This document shows, piece by piece, positions 60,282 to 64,000 of a stretch of DNA of 64,000 bases. Positions within the stretch are counted from its first letter, which is position 1, and each line of letters begins with the position of its first letter. The stretch is from Candidatus Omnitrophota bacterium (GTDB lineage: Bacteria; Omnitrophota; Gorgyraeia; Pluralincolimonadales; Pluralincolimonadaceae): positions 3,882-67,881 of the forward strand of contig JBAZJG010000005.1 of NCBI GenBank assembly GCA_041651455.1. Direction: 5' to 3'. The translations under genes and the position numbers were made by a program. The notes under the pieces were generated by a model. That model was not told where the DNA came from and ran no database searches. It worked only from the letters and a program-made list of their open reading frames with translations.

Positions 60282-60606
60282 GCAGGCCGGATGGTCGCTT
60301 CCAGCGATGGAGGAGGAAAGTCCGAGCTCCAAAGGACAGCGTAGCGGGTAACGCCCGTCTGCCGTAAGGCAAGGATCAGAGCCACAGTGACGAACAATCC
60401 CATGCGGGAGGCCAGACGGCCTTAACGCCGGGACGAAGTGAAACGCGGCAATCTCTACGCGGAGCAAGGCCAAATAGGCGCATCTCCTGGGGCTGTCCGC
60501 CCCAAGCCCGCAAGGGCGGATGCGCGGGTTGGCTGCTTGAGCCCCGGAGCAATCCGGGGTCTAGATGGATGATCATCGAACACAAAACTCGGCTTATAGG
60601 CCTGCC
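60282..60606 (+). ncRNA. rnpB: RNase P RNA (bacterial type A).
   Basis: Conserved P4/CR-I 'GGAGGAAAGTCCGAGCTCC', 3' CR-V 'ACAAAACTCGGCTTATAG'. P1 pairing GGCAGGCC...GGCCTGCC. Confidence 0.8.
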
Positions 60607-60630
60607 CAAAATAATTTTCAGGAGAAGGAA

Positions 60631-61002
60631 TTGGCTATAGAAAGCCGCGCCGGCATAAGGGTTAAGATAGACGCGACCATAATGGTCGAGATCGACACGG
60701 GCATGAAGGACAAGATCCGCATAATCCGCGAGCCCCAGAAGGCCGTCGTCGTAGATATAAGCATCATCGGGCTTGGCGTGATATCGCCGATATTCCTTCC
60801 GAAAGGCGCCATTCTCGTCATTCAGCTCGATGCCTCGATATTCAATATCGGCAAACCCGCGAGGGTCATAGGAGAGGTCCGGTATTGCAGGCCGTCGAAG
60901 AACAAGGATTACAGGACCGGCGTAAAGTTCCTGGACATAGACAATGTCCTTCTGGCGAAGATAAAGGAATACGTCGAGCAGTATAAGCATAACGCGGTAT
61001 GA
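60631..61002 (+). CDS. PilZ domain protein (c-di-GMP binding). TTG start.
   Basis: 'ESRAGIRVKID' (RxxxR-like) and 'VVDISIIGLGV' (D/NxSxxG-like) PilZ motifs. RBS ggagaagg lies before TTG 60631. The ORF's upstream part overlaps the RNase P RNA, so it is trimmed. Confidence 0.6.
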   Translation: MAIESRAGIRVKIDATIMVEIDTGMKDKIRIIREPQKAVVVDISIIGLGVISPIFLPKGAILVIQLDASIFNIGKPARVIGEVRYCRPSKNKDYRTGVKFLDIDNVLLAKIKEYVEQYKHNAV

Positions 61003-61027
61003 ATCTACGGGAGACGCGGCACGGCAT

Positions 61028-62128
61028 ATGGACATAAAAACGATATTCAAATCAATGGTAGATACCGGGGCTTCCGACATCTTCTTCAAGGTGGGAAGCC
61101 CCGTTAATTTTCGCGTGGATGGGCTGCTGGTCCCGCAGGGTTCCGAAGCCCTTACCGAAAAAGACATCTCGAAAATGATCGACGATGTCCTGGGCGCGGA
61201 GCAGAAGAAGGCTTTTGAAAGGGACCGCGAGATAGATTTCGGCGTAAACTTCGAGGGGCTCGGAAGGTTCCGCGGAAGCATATTCCACCAGAACGGCCTG
61301 CCCGGCGCCGTCTTCAGGTTCATAAAGGGCAAGATAGAGGCGTTCGACCCGCTGAACCTGCCGTCGAAAGTGCTCAGCAAACTCGCGCTCGAGAAGAGGG
61401 GCCTGATACTTGTCACGGGCGCGACCGGAAGCGGCAAGTCCACGACTATCGCGAGCATAATTGAATATATCAACCAGAACCTCCCGTCCCATATAGTCAC
61501 GATCGAGGACCCGATAGAGTTTGTCTTCGAGGACAAGAGGTCTCTTGTCGAACAGCGCGAACTCGGCCTCGATACGCCGTCTTACATCGACGCGCTGAAG
61601 CATGTCATGTACCAGAGCCCGGACGTAATATTCATCGGCAACATACGCGACATGGAGACGATGGCGGCCGCCATGACAGCCGCCGAGACAGGCCAGCTCG
61701 TCGTGAGCACGATCCATTCCGTTAACGCTATACAGACCGTCGAGAGGATAGTGAATTTCTACCCGCCCCACCAGCATGAGGAGATACGCATGCAGCTCTC
61801 GCTGTTGCTGAAAGGCGTCATCTCGCAGAGGCTGATCCCCGTAAAGGAAGGCAAGGGCAGGATGCCTGCCTGCGAGGTCATGCTTAATACCCCGACTATC
61901 TCCGCCCTCATCAGGGAAGGCAAGACGAACGAACTTCTGCATTATATAGAGGAAGGCGGAATATTCGGCATGCAGACATTCGACCAGTGCCTCGCCAAGC
62001 TTTGCCTCGACGGCCGCATCTCCGTCGAAGAGGCAAAGCGATTCTGCGATTCCGTCGCGATACTCGACCTCGCCCTCAAAGGCATCAAGCGCACAGAGCG
62101 CGGCACCCCGTTCACCCCCAACCGCTAA
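61028..62128 (+). CDS. pilT: Type IV pilus retraction ATPase PilT/PilU family.
   Basis: 'MDIKTIFKSMVDTGASDIFFKVGSP', Walker A 'ILVTGATGSGKSTT', 'AETGQLVVSTIHS'. Confidence 0.85.
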   Translation: MDIKTIFKSMVDTGASDIFFKVGSPVNFRVDGLLVPQGSEALTEKDISKMIDDVLGAEQKKAFERDREIDFGVNFEGLGRFRGSIFHQNGLPGAVFRFIKGKIEAFDPLNLPSKVLSKLALEKRGLILVTGATGSGKSTTIASIIEYINQNLPSHIVTIEDPIEFVFEDKRSLVEQRELGLDTPSYIDALKHVMYQSPDVIFIGNIRDMETMAAAMTAAETGQLVVSTIHSVNAIQTVERIVNFYPPHQHEEIRMQLSLLLKGVISQRLIPVKEGKGRMPACEVMLNTPTISALIREGKTNELLHYIEEGGIFGMQTFDQCLAKLCLDGRISVEEAKRFCDSVAILDLALKGIKRTERGTPFTPNR

Positions 62129-62236
62129 TTTAGGAGCCACTAGTCTGGTCCAGAGGGACACCCTAAGATAATAAAGGACGGAGTCTGTCCAGCATGTCCC
62201 CTCGGAGGATGGCTCCTACTACTACTATTATTTCCC

Positions 62237-62265
62237 TTGACATGAGTGGGGGAGGGGTGTATACT
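62237..62265 (+). promoter_or_regulatory. Sigma70-type promoter of the mraZ/dcw cluster.
   Basis: TTGACA (62237-62242), 17-nt spacer, TATACT (62260-62265). Confidence 0.55.
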
Positions 62266-62277
62266 TTGTAGCGTCAG

Positions 62278-62317
62278 GTGGAGTAAAGTGGTTTAAAGTG
62301 GAGAATATGGTTGTGGG
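62278..62317 (+). promoter_or_regulatory. Candidate MraZ operator: direct repeats of GTGG with 10-nt periodicity just downstream of the -10.
   Basis: GTGGagtaaa GTGGtttaaa GTGGagaata TGGttGTGGG. This is analogous to the E. coli MraZ TGGGN direct-repeat operator. Confidence 0.4.
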
Positions 62318-62445
62318 TCCAAATTAGCCTTTGTCGGGGAGCCCTCGCAAGAGGGAAAGGCAAAGCAAAAAGGGTCCAGCCGGTCCTTATAAATTTTGGG
62401 CCCACAACCTTTTATTCTTGTCTTCGCTATTTGGGGGGATGATAG

Positions 62446-62892
62446 ATGTTTTACGGAGAATACGAACATACTATCGACAGGAAGGGCAGGATCATAATAC
62501 CCTCCAAGTTCCGCGAGGTCTTCAAGGAAAATTTCGTCGAAAAATTCTACGTGACGCGCGGCCTCGACAAGTGCCTCTTCGTTTTCACCGAGGAAGAATG
62601 GAAGCTCGCCGAGCAGAAGTTCAAAGGCATGTCTTTCACTAAAGCCGATTCGAGGAAGTTCAACCGCCTGTTCTTCTCGGGCGCCGTCGACGTCACATGC
62701 GACAAGCAGGGAAGGGTCCTGCTGCCGCAGTACCTGAAGGATTACGCGGGGATCAAGCGGGACGTGATGATAGTCGGCGTCTCGAACAGGATGGAGATCT
62801 GGTCGAAGGAGGAGTGGAACAGGTACTACGATAACGCGGCGCCTTCGTTCGAGAAGACCGCGGAGAATCTTTTGGAACTTGACAATACATAA
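62446..62892 (+). CDS. mraZ: Transcriptional regulator MraZ.
   Basis: 'MFYGEYEHTIDRKGRIIIPSKFREVF' and duplicated 'DxxxR' MraZ halves. Confidence 0.9.
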   Translation: MFYGEYEHTIDRKGRIIIPSKFREVFKENFVEKFYVTRGLDKCLFVFTEEEWKLAEQKFKGMSFTKADSRKFNRLFFSGAVDVTCDKQGRVLLPQYLKDYAGIKRDVMIVGVSNRMEIWSKEEWNRYYDNAAPSFEKTAENLLELDNT

Positions 62893-63778
62893 GCCCGTTC
62901 TTTTGAAAGAGGTTCTTGAGGCGCTTGAGCCCGCGCCGGGAAAGACGATAGTCGACTGCACGGTCGGCCTCGGAGGACATGCCGAGGCGATTGTTGCGGC
63001 GATATCGCCCGGAGGGCGGCTGGTCGGAATTGACAGGGACGCGCAGGCGCTTGAGATAGCGAAGGAGAGATTAGGGAGGCCCGGGGAGAGGGTAGACCTG
63101 ATCAAGGGAAGGTTTGACGAGCTCGACGCGATCTTTGAGAAGGCCGGGATAAAAGGGGCCGACGGTTTCCTGTTCGACCTCGGCGTATCCTCGATGCAGT
63201 TCGATGAGGCGGCCCGCGGGTTCAGTTTCCGCGCCGACGCCCCTCTCGATATGCGCATGGATACGGCTGCGGCAAAAGACGCCGCCGAGGTCGTCAATAC
63301 CGCGAGCGAGGCGGAGCTGGACCGCATACTCGACGAATACGGAGAGGAGAGGTTCCACCGGAGGATCGCCGCGGCGATAGTAGAGGAGAGGAAGAAGGCC
63401 CGGATAGAGACGACCGGAAGGCTTGTCGATATAATCGTGCACGCGATGCCTTATAAGATGAGGCACGGCAGGGTGCATGCGGCGACAAGGAGCTTCCAGG
63501 CGTTCAGGATAGCGGTGAACGACGAGCTGGGGGCGCTCGAAAGGGCGCTGGACCAGGCTATAGGGCTGCTGAACACGGCGGGTGTCATATGCGTGATATC
63601 CTACCACTCGCTGGAAGACAGGATAGTGAAGAACAAGTTCAGGGAAGCCAAGGCCCGAAAGATATTGGAATTGAAGAGCAAGAAGCCGGTGACGCCGACG
63701 GAGCAGGAGATAGGCGATAATCCGCGGGCACGCAGCGCAAAGATGCGCGCCGCAGCCAAAATGGCGGCAAGCGGCTAG
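62879..63778 (+). CDS. rsmH: 16S rRNA (cytosine1402-N4)-methyltransferase RsmH (MraW). TTG start.
   Basis: 'HKPVLLKEVLEALEPAPGKTIVDCTVGLGGHAEAIV', 'DLGVSSMQFDEAARGFSF'. Confidence 0.9.
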   Translation: MTIHKPVLLKEVLEALEPAPGKTIVDCTVGLGGHAEAIVAAISPGGRLVGIDRDAQALEIAKERLGRPGERVDLIKGRFDELDAIFEKAGIKGADGFLFDLGVSSMQFDEAARGFSFRADAPLDMRMDTAAAKDAAEVVNTASEAELDRILDEYGEERFHRRIAAAIVEERKKARIETTGRLVDIIVHAMPYKMRHGRVHAATRSFQAFRIAVNDELGALERALDQAIGLLNTAGVICVISYHSLEDRIVKNKFREAKARKILELKSKKPVTPTEQEIGDNPRARSAKMRAAAKMAASG

Positions 63779-63811
63779 GACGCCGCAAAACGGCGTCCAG
63801 ACAGGGGAGAG

Positions 63812-64000
63812 ATGAGAGTTTATAAGTTCCTTATAATGACGGTATCGGTCACGGCGGTTGCGCTGGTCTATGTGACGCAGCAGACCTCGCTGATACGCCT
63901 AAGCTACGACATAAAAGCCAAGGAGCAGGCCTACTCGGAGCTCCTTGACCGCAATAAGATACTGCTGTATAATGTGAGGCAGCTGGAATCCCCGGCGCGT
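63812..64000 (+). CDS. ftsL: Cell division protein FtsL-like, 3'-partial at the window end.
   Basis: 'MRVYKFLIMTVSVTAVALVYVTQQTSLIRLSYDIKAKEQAYSELLDRNKILLYNVRQLESPA' is a single transmembrane helix plus coiled coil. Position after rsmH. Confidence 0.6.
   Translation, partial: MRVYKFLIMTVSVTAVALVYVTQQTSLIRLSYDIKAKEQAYSELLDRNKILLYNVRQLESPAR

Noticed and set aside
60376-61536. 386-aa minus-strand ORF.
   Set aside because: It overlaps the RNase P RNA, pilZ and the start of pilT on the opposite strand. It has Ser/Pro/Arg-rich composition and is spurious.
62140-62215. Possible SRP (4.5S) RNA because of a 'GGTCCAGAGGGAC' helix-8-like segment.
   Set aside because: It lacks the conserved GGAA/GNRA tetraloop context and the AGCAGC asymmetric loop of SRP RNA domain IV. 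The match is too weak.

Overview
High-GC (~60%) bacterial chromosomal window, almost all genes on the + strand. The giant ORFs and candidate-phylum-like gene content suggest an Omnitrophota-like lineage, but that is inference.

Most of the window is conserved housekeeping:
- EF-G-like GTPase, yebC, ruvCAB, spoIID, queA, tgt, yajC, secDF, a CDF transporter, recJ, rpmB (- strand), recG, rsmD and coaD.
- yceD-rpmF-plsX-fabHDG-acpP-fabF, followed by an acyl-CoA dehydrogenase with etfB and etfA.
- cvpA, a Nif3-like gene, dnaG and rpoD.
- Two tRNAs, the DUF164 zinc-ribbon/RNase HI pair, RNase P RNA, pilZ, pilT, and the start of the dcw cluster (mraZ, rsmH, ftsL).

Three accessory regions stand out.

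(1) Window start, 1-6553: four consecutive large secreted proteins.
- The 1038-aa member combines a GspK/PilX-like N-terminus, a C4 zinc ribbon and a LamG domain.
- A conserved ~25-aa C-terminal tail ('..DV[TS]ITYLP..Y.RE') is shared with the neighbouring partial ORF.

(2) A sensor GGDEF protein translationally coupled to a 14x23-aa MORN-like repeat protein.

(3) 35.7-50.4 kb, the most unusual locus. One sigma70 promoter drives an excisionase-type HTH gene, a 1269-aa (double-length) TolC-like outer-membrane protein and a 3075-aa giant protein. The TolC-like and giant genes are coupled by an ATGA overlap. The giant protein has, in order:
- an N-terminal signal-anchor;
- a ~1600-aa exported region including an (alpha/alpha)6-like module;
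- membrane re-entry and a transmembrane cluster;
- an OpgH/MdoH-like GT2 glucan-synthase core ('AFNEP', 'GKPSGLNQAL', 'FFDANCS', 'GHSAIIK', 'SEDILLATALWKKGLRT', 'TKWAMG');
- a C-terminal multi-transmembrane bundle.
This looks like an undescribed synthase-plus-processing-plus-export system for a glucan-type exopolysaccharide. A lower-GC convergent gene with a leaderless-type promoter abuts it.

Other notable points:
- the EF-G paralog carries Tyr in place of the catalytic switch-II His;
- a candidate MraZ operator (GTGG direct repeats, 10-nt period) lies at the mraZ promoter;
- EtfA carries an N-terminal 2x[4Fe-4S] fusion.

No CRISPR arrays or recognizable transposases/integrases were seen.
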